Assembly (NCBI RefSeq): GCF_036321535.1
Contig: NC_087436.1
Span: 61,134,001-61,198,000, forward strand
Reading direction: 5' to 3'
Length of the DNA stretch: 64,000 nucleotides
Source: Camelus dromedarius
Taxonomy: Eukaryota
The position numbers were made by a program, and so were the translations under genes. Positions within the stretch are counted from its first letter, which is position 1; each line of letters starts with the position of its first letter. This document shows positions 51,451 to 64,000 of the stretch, in pieces. The notes below the pieces were generated by a model that was not told the origin of the DNA, searched no databases, and saw only the letters and a list, made by a program, of their open reading frames with translations.

Positions 51451-53904
51451 TTTTCAGAAAATGCCAAACAAACATAAATATCGAAACATAACTGTATAAG
51501 ATGAAGTGCCTATATAGGCCAGTCTCAAGTCTTTTAAAAATAAGACACCTGTCTGGAATTTCAAAAATACTTGAAAGAGCAATTTTAATCTTTAAAAAAG
51601 AATTCTCTCAAAAATACAACCAAAACAAATCAGCAAATAAAGAGCAAACACAAAACTGAACAAAAAGAATTTACTATTTTTTGCTTTTTGATATTTATAT
51701 ATATATATATTACCAGAAAAAGGATTTACTTTCATAACTTCTTAAAGTTATCTTTTCCCATCTTCCCCTTTAAAAATGTCTCAGAGGCTTTCACCCCTCA
51801 CCTCCACCCCACCAGCTTCCTTATTCTCACACCCTCAGCTTCAGGATGCCCTCTAGGCTCCCTAGCTTCTCACTGTTCCTGCCAATATAAATCCAGCCAG
51901 TCTCCCTGGGTTTGCCAGTTTTCCCCTCTCCTCACCCCTGGCAGGGTCACAAGGGTTCATGGGGCTGGGCAAGCCATGATTTCTCTGGGTGAATGTGAAT
52001 TGGAGAGTTTATGGGTACCTGTCTCCGTCACTTACAGAAGGTGTCATGGTACCTTTGCATTCACTGTCAAGATAGCCTCAAATTGGTGTTTTACTAAGGA
52101 TTTCTGAGACAAGAAACTGTCATCACTTCCTAATTGAAAAAGAACATGTGAGAAGGCACTATGGGGTTAGTGCCTGGCAACCTCTTTCTGCACTGGGCCT
52201 TTGGACCTAACAACCTCAAATCAAGGTAGGTACAACTGAGGACAGTTAGGTGAAAGTGGGTCTTGATGTTGGTTGGCGGCCATTAGCTCCCATGCTCCAA
52301 GTGAGAAAGTGAAGAGCCAGAGCCTCCTGGGCCATTTGTTGCCTATGATGGCAGGCCTCCCCCCCTCCCCTTGTATGAGGTGACAGTAAGCATTTTTCAG
52401 CTTGTGCTTTCAGAATGTAACTAGTGTAGTATTTTTTTATTCCAGTGGTGCTTGGCTTGCTTCATTTGCTTTTATGACAGTGCTTGGGTACGATTAAATG
52501 ACAATTTAATGTGTATAATAACTCATTTAAAATTTTAGCCAGGGCTTGAATGAAGGTGATGGGGTTTGAGCACATATTCAAGAAAGCTAGGGGCAACTTA
52601 GAACAATTTCTTATCTTGGCAAAAATCAGCTCCATTTTCTACATTCTTTCCTTTTTCCTTAGCATCTTTTTTTTTTTTTAAACATGTTTCTACTTGACTG
52701 TGTAAGAGATAATGCTCGGGAATCTGGGTTTAATTCCCATCCTGTGTACTCTGATTTCTTCCTGGGATTCATAAGCTATCTGAAAAATATCTTGAGTCAC
52801 TGCAACTCCTCTTAGCCTGAGGTTTTGTGAACTAAGAAGAGTATGGGGGATTCAGGAGGTTTGGGACATAGACAAAGGCTCCAGACTCTTTTTCTGTTCC
52901 TGTTAGAATATGAGGAGAATGTAATGTGTCATTTGTTTGCCTCATACGTGTCTTCTGAGGATGGTCAGATGATGTTTGATGACTTATTTTGCCACCATCC
53001 AATGTGCAGCTGGTGGAGGAGAGAGGTGGGACTAGGAGTCAAGTTTACCATCCTCTGTGGAAGATCCTGGCTAAACTCAGGGCCTTGGCTGAGAGGAACA
53101 AGCACCGGGACCCCAGATCGAATGGCTCATGCCTTTTTTGGCTGACCACTATGGTTGTGGCCCAGGAGGAGTAGAGAGCAAAAGGAATCTTAATCTAAAC
53201 CATTTTTCTAACTTTAAACGCTCCATGCAAATGGAAGTGCCCCCCCCCCCCAAAAAAAGAAAAGAAAAGAAAAATCCCTTCTGAATAGATTGGGGAGTCT
53301 CTTTTCTCTAGGGCCTAAGCTTTTAACAGTCTGCTGATGACCTGGTGTCTGCACTAAGTTCAACAAAAATATGGTGACCTGCCAGGGGCCAGAGACCACC
53401 AAGTTGCCTAAGGAGGAACGAACTGGCCTATGTCAGAAACAGAGTAGGTCAGAACCCTTGTACTGATCAGGTATTGGTTTGAGAATAAAAAGTTCTTTTG
53501 TTTGTTTGTTTTACTTTTTCACACTTTGTAATGGCAAATCACAGAGTATACCACACTTATAACAGTTTATACATAACTACTAGCAGGTCTCCTTAGGTCC
53601 AGAGCTCAGCTCACTAGGAACAGGGGACAGGACACCTGCCTCTTCAAGGAGGAGCACTGCTGCATGTTAGCACAGGTTGAAGCAAAACTGCAGAGATTTC
53701 AGAGCCATTGCCTTTCAATCTAGATGATTTCAATTTTGATTCCAGGAACTCTGAGTTTTCTGCCCCTAGGAGACATTTTTCAATGTCTTATCTTCTCTCC
53801 ATTGCTTTGTAACAGAGGGAGTCTAAAGTGTGCCAGGCTGGTATGGAAAGAAATGACCCAGATTCTAAAAATGTGGCCCATCATGGTGGGTTTTTATTTC
53901 TTTT

Positions 53905-54950
53905 TAAACTATTATATAGTTTTTAAAATTGTGATAAGAACATTTAACATGAGATCTACCCTCTTAAAATTTTAACTGTACAGTTCAGTATTATTAACTC
54001 TAGGCACTATGTTGCACAGCAGATCTCTAGAACATACTCATTTTGCATTCATCTTATTCACTATAAGTTAAAACATTACACCTGTTGAACAGCAACTTCC
54101 CATTTCTACTCTTCTACTCTTGTTTCCATGACTGGGACTATTGTAGGTACCTCATCTAAGTGTAATCATGTAGTATTTGTCCTGTAACTGGCTTATTTCC
54201 CTTAGCCAGTGTCCACCAGGTTCATCCATGTTGTGGCATATTGTTGGATTTCCTTCTTTTGAAAGGCTGAATAATAGTCCATTATATTTATAACCATATT
54301 TTCTTTATCCATTCCTCTGTTGAAAGGACATTTATTTTTCCTACAGAGGATGGTGAACTCAACTCCTATTCCCCCCTCTCTTCTACCCTTGGCTATTGTG
54401 AATAATGCTGCAGTGAACATGGGGGTGCAAATACATCTTCAGCATAGTGTTTCTGATATATTACCATAGGTATAAATGTTGGATCATATGGTAGTTCTTT
54501 TAAAATTTTTTTTGAGGAATCTCCATACTGTTTTCCACAGTGGCTATAACAATTTGCCATTTGCATCAGTAGTGCACAAGGATTCCCTTTTCTCTCCATC
54601 CTCACCAGTGGTTCTTATCTGTAGTCTTTTGATAAAAGCTATTCTAACTGGTAAGAGGTGGTGTCTCATAGTGGTTTTGATTTGCATTCCTCTAGTGATT
54701 AATGATGTTGAATACTTTTCATGTACTTGTTGGCAATTTGAATGTCTTTGGGAAAATGTCTATTCAGGTCTTCTGTCCATTTTTAATTGCATGATTTTCT
54801 TTTTTCCTGCTGTTATTACATAAGTTCTATATCTAGTTTGAATATTAATCTCTTGTCAGATATATGTTTGTGTATATTTCTCCCATTCCATAGGTTGCCT
54901 TTTCATTTTGTTCATTTTTTTTTGCTGTGCAGAAGCTTTTTAGTTTAATG
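53905..54950 (-). mobile_element. Old L1 3' fragment (L1MA-like)
   Basis: gataagaacatttaacatgagatctaccctcttaa 3'UTR; ORF2 remnants [11 protein letters not shown] and ELPYDP. Confidence 0.85.
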
Positions 54951-55735
54951 TTAATTATTACATATTAAAGTTGTGTTTTAATTCTTGATAGTCCTGGGAA
55001 AATAGCTTTTCATTTTCTTTTTACTTTCATAATTGACTCTTGGCTCTAGACCAATTAATAACTCCAATTTAATGATTTTAGCTTTAGTAATAGTCTGTGC
55101 TCTACTGCCAATCAGAAGATTCTTGAAAAAGGTGGAGGAAGTCATTTCTTTCCTCTTTTGGAGATGTCTGAGTAGGAGTGCAAGTGCCTTGGCACAGCTG
55201 ACCTTGAAGGATGCTGTTGAGCGAGCTCTTGAGAGAAGAGAAGACAATGAGGCTGAGTCTCCTTTTTGTAGAAGTCTTTCAGATCCAAATGGAAATGGGT
55301 GTCTTAATAACATGTGCCTTTTTTTGTTGTTGTTTTGTTTGTTTTGTTTTTTCCTACATGAGGAGGCTGTTAACTTACACAAAGCACAACAACCATATTT
55401 TGGAGTGTCAAGTTTTAGTCATTTTGTTTGCATCTCAATGGCCATTTTCAAAATAGGGGCATGGAGGGTGGTTTGAATATTCCAAGAATAACAGGGTAGC
55501 CAGAACAACTGTGGGTATGCCACTTTATAGGGCAATCAAGAAGAAGCTGAAATCACAACCTCTCATTTATCCACTAGTAATAATGCTGAGTGAATTACAG
55601 GGTGTTTTTCTGGCAGGAGCATTTGTTTCTATAGAACAGGACTAGATTTGAAAATGCATTTTGGGTTAGCAATCCCATTTCCCCCTGACTGACAGATAAG
55701 GGACCTGAATACCACTTTTGTGCTCACTGGCTAAG

Positions 55736-55739
55736 TTGT

Positions 55740-55770
<31 letters not shown>
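55736..55770. repeat. (TG)n microsatellite
   Basis: Directly visible, one interruption. Confidence 0.95.
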
Positions 55771-56500
55771 CACTCATGCATGCTGTAGGGACAGGGAGAG
55801 ATAGGATAGGGCCGTGCAGGAGGGATGTGAGAAATAGTTAAGAACATATGTGTACTCCAAGTCACCTGGCTTTTTTCCTGTGTCTTTTCCTTGATGCCAA
55901 ATCTGAGTAGTAAGACTGAGAAATGGGCACATGGTGGGAGAATGATGAAAAAGATGGGAGATGACAGGGGGAGCCATCTGCTCTCTGCCTTTATCACCAG
56001 TGCCTAATGCTTGACTCTGAATGCTAAATTTCAATTAAAAAAAATATTCAACTTAATTTTAATTTTTGTCCTCAAGGATTTAGTTAAATGCTGAACATTT
56101 AATCTAATTAAGATTACACTTAGCCCTGCTGTTTTCAGTCCTTGCTGAGAACTGTATTGAGTCATTTATTAACTCGATGACTTAAAACAGAATTTACAGG
56201 ACAACCATAAATCTAAGAGTGAGGAGGTGAGGCCCAGGTAAGAAAGGGAAAGAGAATTGGTTTATTTCACCTTGGGGCTAGGAGGCCCTGGGCAATGTGA
56301 CAGGGACCTCTAGACGAAGGGATGTTTTTGATGATAAGGTTGGAGACCACTGTTTGCAATCAGCATAAAATGGACAAATAGTTCATGAATTTTAGCAATA
56401 ATGTAAAAGCTATTCCTGGTTAAGGAGAGCTTGTCACTCAGGAGGATGTGTCCCTTTGGAACAGTGGAGGCCTCTGAAGAGGGAATATCTCTTTTACCAC

Positions 56501-56990
56501 TGTTATTGGAGGATAGGTTCTTGTCATGGGCAGGAAGGTATTCAAGAACGAGTCATAGTAAAGCGAAAGCAAGCTTATTCAGGGAGATACACACTCCATT
56601 GACAGAATGTGGGCCATCTCAGAAGGCAAGAGAGGCGCCCAGAGGTGTGTGGGTGGTTAGTTTTTATGGGCTATGTAATTGCATATGCTAACAAGTGGGA
56701 GGATTATTCTAACTGCTTTAGGAAAGGGGTACAGATTTTCAGAAATTGGGCCCAGCCCACTTTTTGACCTTTTATGGTCAGCCTGGGAACTGTCATGATG
56801 CCTGTGGGTATGTCATTTAGCATGCTGTTGTATTACAGTGAGCCTATAATGGTAAGATACTGCTTGCTAAACTTGACACCATACTGAAAGTTGAATCTTT
56901 CCCCATCTTGGTTCTAATCAGTTTATGGCCTGAGGACATTGCTGTGTCATCTTTTCATGGTTGTGCCCTGCCCTCTTTCCTCCTGTCTTA
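56501..56990 (-). mobile_element. Solo ERV LTR (copy 1 of a family pair)
   Basis: Starts TGTT, ends cctgtctta; flanks accac/actac; homologous to 62668-63195. Confidence 0.8.
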
Positions 56991-58914
56991 ACTACTTGCC
57001 CATGTAGCAAAGCATTACCTACTTACTGATGGCTGCCTCAGATGCCTAGTCTAGCCTTTTTTGGGATGTGTGTCCCAGGAAACCTCAGACATGAAAGTGA
57101 TATGAAGAGGTCCAGCTATTGGCATGTGAGATCTCTGATTCATATCAGGATAGTACTTCAGGTGAATTCTGTGGGTCTTATTTTCCTGATAATTCCTTTC
57201 TGAGCCTCTTACTTCTAATTAGAGGTGGTCTTATCTGTGTACCACACTCTTCCCTTTCTACTTCTGATACCTCCCTTTAATTTTGATGCTCTCCACTGTG
57301 GTGAAGGAATGAATAGCGAATGATCCCTTCTTTGAAATAGGTCTATGGCCCTGTCACTATCAGTATCTCTATGAAGGTGCAGCCATAGTGGCTTGTGTGG
57401 GTCACAGGGTGAGACATGATGCTAGATATGATAGCTCCTGAGTCCCTCAGTCAAACCCTCTCTGGTCCATGTAAATATTTGTTTATGGTAGTTAAAATGT
57501 CAACATATCTTTGTGTCCCATGTCCCCAGAAACAGGAGCTGAGGTACTAGATATTTATATATTAGTCTGCAGCACCAAACACAGTCCAGAGTGGAGGGAT
57601 GCCCAGGCTTAAATCACACTGTGTCTATTATGCTTTAGCCTGAGCTAATCAACCCCTTTGCCAGCAGAGTAGACTGGGTAGTTGTTTTCATCTTCACAGT
57701 GAGACGAGGGATTTACAAACCAGTCCCTAAGCTTGACAGATGCTCCCTAAATCCCCCCAGCAAAGATCTCAACTGGGTGTATGTGGGAAGACACTGGGTG
57801 GAGGGTGGCAGAAGGTGATTACATTCTGTGCTTGAGGATGGAGCCACTGTTTAGTTTGACAGAGATGAGTACAGACTGAAATCCAGCCTGTGCTTCAAGA
57901 CAGTTTCAGTTTTGAGGAAGGAGTGCGCTTTTTTTTTTTTTTTTTAAATTTGTAGAAAGACACTGCTTGCCAAACTCTTCACCGTCGGAAGAGTGACTCT
58001 CTTTTCTGCACAAAGATCCTATATATGCTATGACCCTTGTGCATACAGATGGTATGAGTCCCGTTGCATACTGCATAGCTGGCACAGGTGCTGAAGGAAA
58101 ATCTAATGGCAATCCATTTGGTCAAGTTATTACATTAGCATTAAAATCTAACACACTCAGATAATGAAGGGTCATAATTGTGTTATGGGAGGCCTACTGG
58201 AAGCAGGACAAATAGAGATAGGATAGGGGACTCTCCTTTACTTTCCTCTTTTGTATGCCGCTCTCATGATTGTCTAAGAAAGGGAGGGAAGCTGAGTTAC
58301 AAAGAAAAGCAGAGTAAATTTCAGGGAATTGATACACTTGTACAAAGAGAAATGCAATGTAAAATGTCCCCCAAATGTAAATGCAAAGTGTAGAGTTTGT
58401 CTTTGGGCTGTATTCAAGAAACAGGCTTAAATCCAATTGCTATAGCTACACAGAGACTCATCTGATCAGCAGGCCTTCCGTTCCACAGGGGCTGAAACTG
58501 TTTTGTTTTCAAAGGGGAAAACGTATCTCTGTTTGCCCTCCTTTGCTTTATAAAATTGAACTGCAGAGAACTCATGAATAATAGAAAGAACACTAAGGAC
58601 TGTGAAATTAACACTGGCATGAAACAGAATTTCTAAAAGGGGAAACTCTACTGGAGGAAGACTTGCTTCAACTTCCCCAGACAGCGATTTGAAAACTGGG
58701 ATATCTTAGCATTGGAGGGTGAAATAAGAGGTCCAGTTTGCTTCCTGCTTTCAGGAAGGTGACAATTCAAATCCTTTAGATCAGACAGATATTTCTTATT
58801 TCATGAAGATCTTAAAGGGTAAGAACTGTGGTGGCTTATGGCTTCAATGAGGACCATAGGTCTAATTGTGAGATTTGACCATGGGAACCACCATCTTATT
58901 CTTTAATAATGAAG

Positions 58915-59140
58915 ATAGGTAACTTATTGAGCACTTACTATGTGCCAGGCACTTTGCTTTACACATATTTTCCCACATAATTTCATAACTACCTATTAAG
59001 GTAGTTACAGTTATCTCCATTTTACGGATGCAGAAACTGAGGTGCAGAAGCATGAAGTCACACAGCTATTAGGAAATGAGACTATCTCTCAAACCAAGCC
59101 TGAATGACTCTGGAGCTTGCCTTTTAACCACTACAGCACC
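58915..59140 (-). mobile_element. MIR SINE
   Basis: ttattgagcacttactatgtgccaggcac..ccattttacggatgcagaaactgagg. Confidence 0.85.
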
Positions 59141-60599
59141 CTTTTATCTTTATGTGTCCTCTTAGCCCTTTGTCTGCAAAGCCCTTGTATAATTTGTTGG
59201 CTTATTGGCTCCCCTTCCTTCTTTTTTGTTCCCCACAAGGCAACACCCTGCCTTGTGTATCCCTCATCATCCAGATTTTCTTCAGCTTGTCTTGGTGTGT
59301 TATAGAATAGACTGGAGGAAGAGGAGCTATCCTACAAGAAATGTATTATTGAGACCAGAGAAATACTACTATGAGCTGCTTCTACCCCAGAGTCACCACA
59401 GCATAGGGGAAAGTGCTTAAAAACTGTAAAAGTACTGAATAAATGAAGAATTTGAGTTTTGGAAAAGACAGATCTGGATTTCATTCATTCATTCACTCGT
59501 TCATTCATTTGTGGATTGTTTATGGAACTCCTACTATGTGCTAAGAAATGTGTTAAATGCTAGGTTTGAATTCTGGTTTCACTGCTTATCGCTATGGACC
59601 TTGGGAAATTTATTCACTTTCTTTAATGAGAATAATAATAGTTGCCTCTGGGCTGTTCTAAGATTAGAAACTGGCATATAGTAAGAGCTCAATAAATTGT
59701 ATTAATTAAAGGCTAAAAAGGTGCTGTTGTTGGGCCAGTGCCCACTTATATTACTCTCCCTTAGGGCTCTGTTTGCCAAGGTTTCAGCTAGCTAGTGTGC
59801 ATCACCAGGGCCTGGGAAGTTAATGTGCTAAGTTAAACTATTAGCCTTTGCAAAGCCCTTTTAGCAAGATAATGACTTAGCCCAAACGGATACCTAATTC
59901 TGGGCACAATGACAGACTCAAATGGAGGTCATTTCAACAAGGGACTTACACGTCGAACCATCAGGTATTTATCTACCTGCCACTTTAGCAACTGCCTCCT
60001 GACTGATAACAAGCTTTCCTCCTGTATGATCAAAGGAATAGGTAGTTGCTTAAGAAATATGGATGAATTTGTTTTAAATAATGAGAGAATTCCTATTTGT
60101 CCTTCTAGGTGTTAGTATCTCACCTCTATTTAATGCATAGTCCACTGACGTTAGCATTTGAGGTTTTTCAGATGCCCTCAATGACACTACTTGGCTAATC
60201 TAATGTGATTCAGCTAATAGGTTTTCTATCAGTGTTTATGGACCATCTCATCCATCTACCCTTCTACTAAGAGAAGTGTGTGTATGCAGTAGATCTGAGC
60301 TATCCTTTTTCCCAAACCAGTTAATTCTGTTTGAAAATCAGTATGTAGAATTTGTGTTTCCATGGTGTATACTCAGGCAGAATGGAGGCTAATTTCTCTC
60401 TTTCCATTGAGTTCATAAAAGAGTAAAGAATGAGTCTTGAAACAATCCTGTTTTTAGAACAAGGTTTTTAAAATTAAAAAAAAAATCTGCTAAGCCTAAG
60501 TAATAGCAACTACTTGAAGATGATTTAAATTATTAGCAGAAAGTAGGAGTGTTCCCTCTCTCCCTGACTGAATAGTCTCCATTGGCTTGCATCACATTC

Positions 60600-61065
60600 T
60601 GAGTTTCAGCCAGACAGAGCCAGACTGTTTGCAAAGCCCAATCCTATCTGGCCTCTTATTCTCTCTGACTCCGTTTTCTGCCAGGCTCTCCTCACCCATT
60701 TCAGTCCAGCCACATTAGCTTTTCCACTGTTGCTGATCTTAGTCATGTTGAGAATGCTTCTGGAATAGGGTCGCCTCCTTCAGGTCTCTGCTTGTCTATC
60801 AGTAATGCTGTCTCTACTCTCCTGTTCTTTCTGCCCTTTACTGGCATTCCTTAACTCCTTTCTTGAGTTTATTTTAATTTTTAGCCTTTATGCCCATCTC
60901 ACATACTTACTTACTTTTTTGTTTGATTGTTTATTATGTTTCCTTCTAGCACAATGTAAGCTCCTTGAGTAAAAATTCTTCTCCGTCTTGTTCACTGATG
61001 AATCCCCAAGGGCCTGGAAAAGTGCCTGGCATTTAGTAGGCACTCAGTACATACTTGCTGAATTC
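60600..61065 (+). mobile_element. L2 3' fragment
   Basis: aatgtaagctccttgag..tcttgttcactgatgaatcccca..agtgcctggcatttagtaggcactcagta. Confidence 0.8.
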
Positions 61066-62667
61066 AAGTATGATTGTGGATGGATTATTTACTTTGTTAA
61101 CTTTCACTGTTGGTGTTTAGATAGAGCAACATCTTTCTGTTGTATAGGAACTTAGAAATTCTCAGACACTTTTCAATCTAGGCTGTTGAAAAGCCAGCAT
61201 TCAGAATATCCAGAGAGCAGCAAAAGTCTATCAGGATTCCAAATAACTCAAAATATGGGGGTTGTTGTGAAACCAACCGACAGCAGAAATCTACCTGCTA
61301 AAAGAAATCTGCATAATAATGAAAAGCACATTAAAGACCCAGATTACGGGACTAAAGAGGGCCCAGGAAGAGAAAGCAACTGGTTTGCAATTTTAGTTTC
61401 CTTCCTAAGTCACTTTCTGACCTATAGCCATTTTTCTAACCTCTGGGACTTTAAAATTTTTTTTCTAGGGGGAGATGACTTCCCCCCATTTTTTACTTTA
61501 TTATGTTGTATTCTTTTAGTCATTTACTTTGAGATCTTTAAGCTATGGCATGTTATTTGTAACAAGGTAAGGAAGACACATTGGCTCCTTTGAAAATTTC
61601 ATTGTTTTTTAATGAAGTGAAGTTGAGCCCTCTCCTCGGGCTTTCCTATAGCCATTGCTTGCTCCTGGTAAATATTCATAAATCTGCTATCATGGAAATG
61701 AAATAGAATGCCTCAAAATTACTTTGGGGGCATAAGGAAGGCCCTGAAGAGTGAACTGGGAGGATGCATTTCATTTTTAGATTTGTAATGAAGAAAGTAG
61801 GTTTTTTTTGGTTTGTTTTCTTTATTTTTAGTGGATGATGTGCCCTGGAGGAGAATTCCTAGGACCTGAGCAGATCATGTTCAAGGCAACACTTGTACAG
61901 TGAGGGCAGCAGGTTCTATCCGTATATGAGTGGTGGGCCTCTGAGAGGGCTGGTGGCAACTTCTTAGCATTCTCATCAGTGTAAAGGGACTCTTGGCACT
62001 GACTATGTTTTGGACTACACCTTCTTAAAACTCCTTGATGCTTTCTCATGCTCATTAGAGGATTTTCTTTAGGCTAATTCACATTCACTGAGTGTCTCAA
62101 TGGGAGAGGCACAGGTGTAAAATACCCAGGAAAGGGTAGCCCCATATATAAAGAGTTGATAAACTAGTAACTTCTGATGGCAGTCACACTGTTAGGGCAC
62201 CTTTAACTGTAGCGTGGAATCTTCCTCTCCTCTTCCCCTTTCATTACCTCCTCGGGAGCAAATCTAGGCTCTGGGGTCAAGGGCAGAATGATTTAATGAT
62301 TTTGGTGAACTGATAAAGGTGGTGTATTTAATCAGAGGCTGTTTGTAGAGAGAGAAGTCTGTTCTTGGAGTCACTTAAAGGAGAACTATAATCTAGAAAA
62401 TTAAGAGCATCAGCAACATTTGCAGTTGTGGAACATCAAGGTTAGGAGGAAAAAAATAAAAGCCCGAGAGGGCACTCTTGTCACTGGTTTCAAAGGAGCT
62501 AATTCTTAGGGTTATTAGCTGCCTCAATTTACAACGTTACATACCCTTGAACACCAAATGCTCATTATCAAAAATTAAGGAAGCGTGGAGCTAAGATTTG
62601 AATTATATTTTAGATAATAGATTTTGGAACATGCTTCATATTGTTAAGATTGACCTGACCTTACAAC

Positions 62668-63195
62668 TGTTGCTGGAGAATAGGTTCTTGCCTCACTTAG
62701 GAAAGAATTCAAGAGCAAGGCAGAGTAAAGTGAAACCAGTTTATTTAGAGAGATACACACTCCATAGGCAGAATACAGGCCATCTCAAAAGGCAAGAGGG
62801 AGAGAGACCGAGAGGTGGGGGGGTGTTTAGTTTAAAGTAAAAGTGGGTATACATTCCATAGATAAGAGTGCTGGTCATCTTAGAAGGCAAGAGAGAGAGT
62901 GACTCTGAGGTGTGTGGGTTGTTAGTTTTTATGGGCTTGGTAATTTCCTAGGCTAACGAGTGGGAGGATTATTCTTACTATTCTGGGGAAGGGGCAGAGA
63001 TTTCCAGGAATTGGGGCCCCGCCTATGTTTTGGACCTTTTATGGAACTGTCATGGTACCTTTGGGTATGCCATAAGGCTCAAGGTCTACTGGAAGTCGAA
63101 TCTTCTGACATCTTAGTTCTAACCAGTTTGTCCTGTCCTCAGTTGCTGTGTCATTCCGTGAGTGGTTGTGTCCTGCCCCCTATCATCCTATCTCG
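62668..63195 (-). mobile_element. Solo ERV LTR (copy 2) with internal tandem duplication
   Basis: Starts TGTTG, ends cctatctcg; flanked by caac on both sides; minus-strand AATAAA (tttatt near 62740). Confidence 0.8.
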
Positions 63196-64000
63196 CAACT
63201 AATAAAGGCTTCACATAGGTATGGAATCTCATTTATAATACCTTTTTTCCAGAAGTATGAGAAAAACAAGGAAAAGCTCCTTTGTTTTTATTTCTATCAT
63301 GGTGCCCAGAAGTAGGCAAAATTATTAGGTAGGTAAAATCTGGCTTTGGAATCTATACTCTTGACTCTCCTTGGGCTCTTTGTGTCTGAAGGTCTTAACC
63401 ATGGACTCTTATCTTAATCTTTCCTTAGGAAGGAAACAGAAGTATCCTCAGTTCATAGGAAGTCAGATAAAAATGTTCTAATGGTGGATTTTCAGGCTTC
63501 CACTGTCTGTATGGGAATTCTGAGAGATGGATATTTACTTAACTGAGTCCATGGTAAGGCTGGCTCATTGCAGTGACTCTGGCTGGTCTCCTTAACTCTG
63601 CTTTTTATTTATTCCAAGCCAGCCTACACATACGTGCTAGAAAAAAAAACCTCCTTCATTAAATGTGATTTTTGTCACAAGTCTCAAATCAAGAATGACT
63701 GCCTGTTATATACTGCCACCATCACAGATACATCTGTCTGGCTTCCATAATCTTTTACTGACCCTTGAATTCTCCTTCCTTCTGTTAACAAAATTTTGGT
63801 TCTTCCATTTTTAATCCTAACAAACACATTTCTCATGATCACCTTTCAAAACTTACTTCTTCAGCTGAACAAATTATTGTCATGTCCCAGACTTGCTAAA
63901 AAATGACTTCCGTGCCTCAGCCCTTGACATTTCACTTCCGAAATGTTTTTTTGTCCCCCATTCTACCATGTATCTTTGTCTAAAAGCCCACTTCCCAGCC

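Noticed and set aside
54978..55476. Overlapping 134 and 147 aa ORFs on opposite strands
   Set aside because: No recognisable protein, they run through low-complexity tracts, and exon boundaries are unconvincing.
61186..61593. 135-aa ORF after an AG acceptor-like site
   Set aside because: Non-ATG start and no recognisable homology.
56501..63195. Two related same-orientation LTRs spanning 6.7 kb, resembling a provirus
   Set aside because: Each LTR has its own flanking duplication and they differ structurally. The interior holds ancient MIR/L2 relics and no gag/pol remnants.

Overview
Mammalian genomic DNA with no recognisable host protein-coding gene (intergenic or deep intronic). A tRNA-Ala-derived Vic-1-type SINE, and no Alu/B1/Bov-tA/PRE1/SINEC that I could spot, suggest a camelid genome (inference). 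The window is dominated by transposable elements. The largest is a young full-length LINE-1 on the minus strand (41396-48522) with a CpG-rich 5'UTR, YY1 site, disrupted ORF1, a ~405-nt inter-ORF spacer, nearly intact ORF2 and a 12-bp TSD. Also present are a scrambled multi-fragment L1 (24880-28332), a nested L1 cluster (34370-38295), several solo LTRs, MER20 and many MIR/L2 relics. The most notable observations are: a 55-nt putative 5' transduction on the full-length L1; the scrambled L1 with a perfect 41-bp inverted overlap; a ~160-bp local direct duplication; an inverted ~50-bp templated insertion; and a putative orphan retroposed 3' end inside an old L1. Repeat family names are from memory of consensus sequences and were not searched. 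Boundaries of old repeats are approximate.
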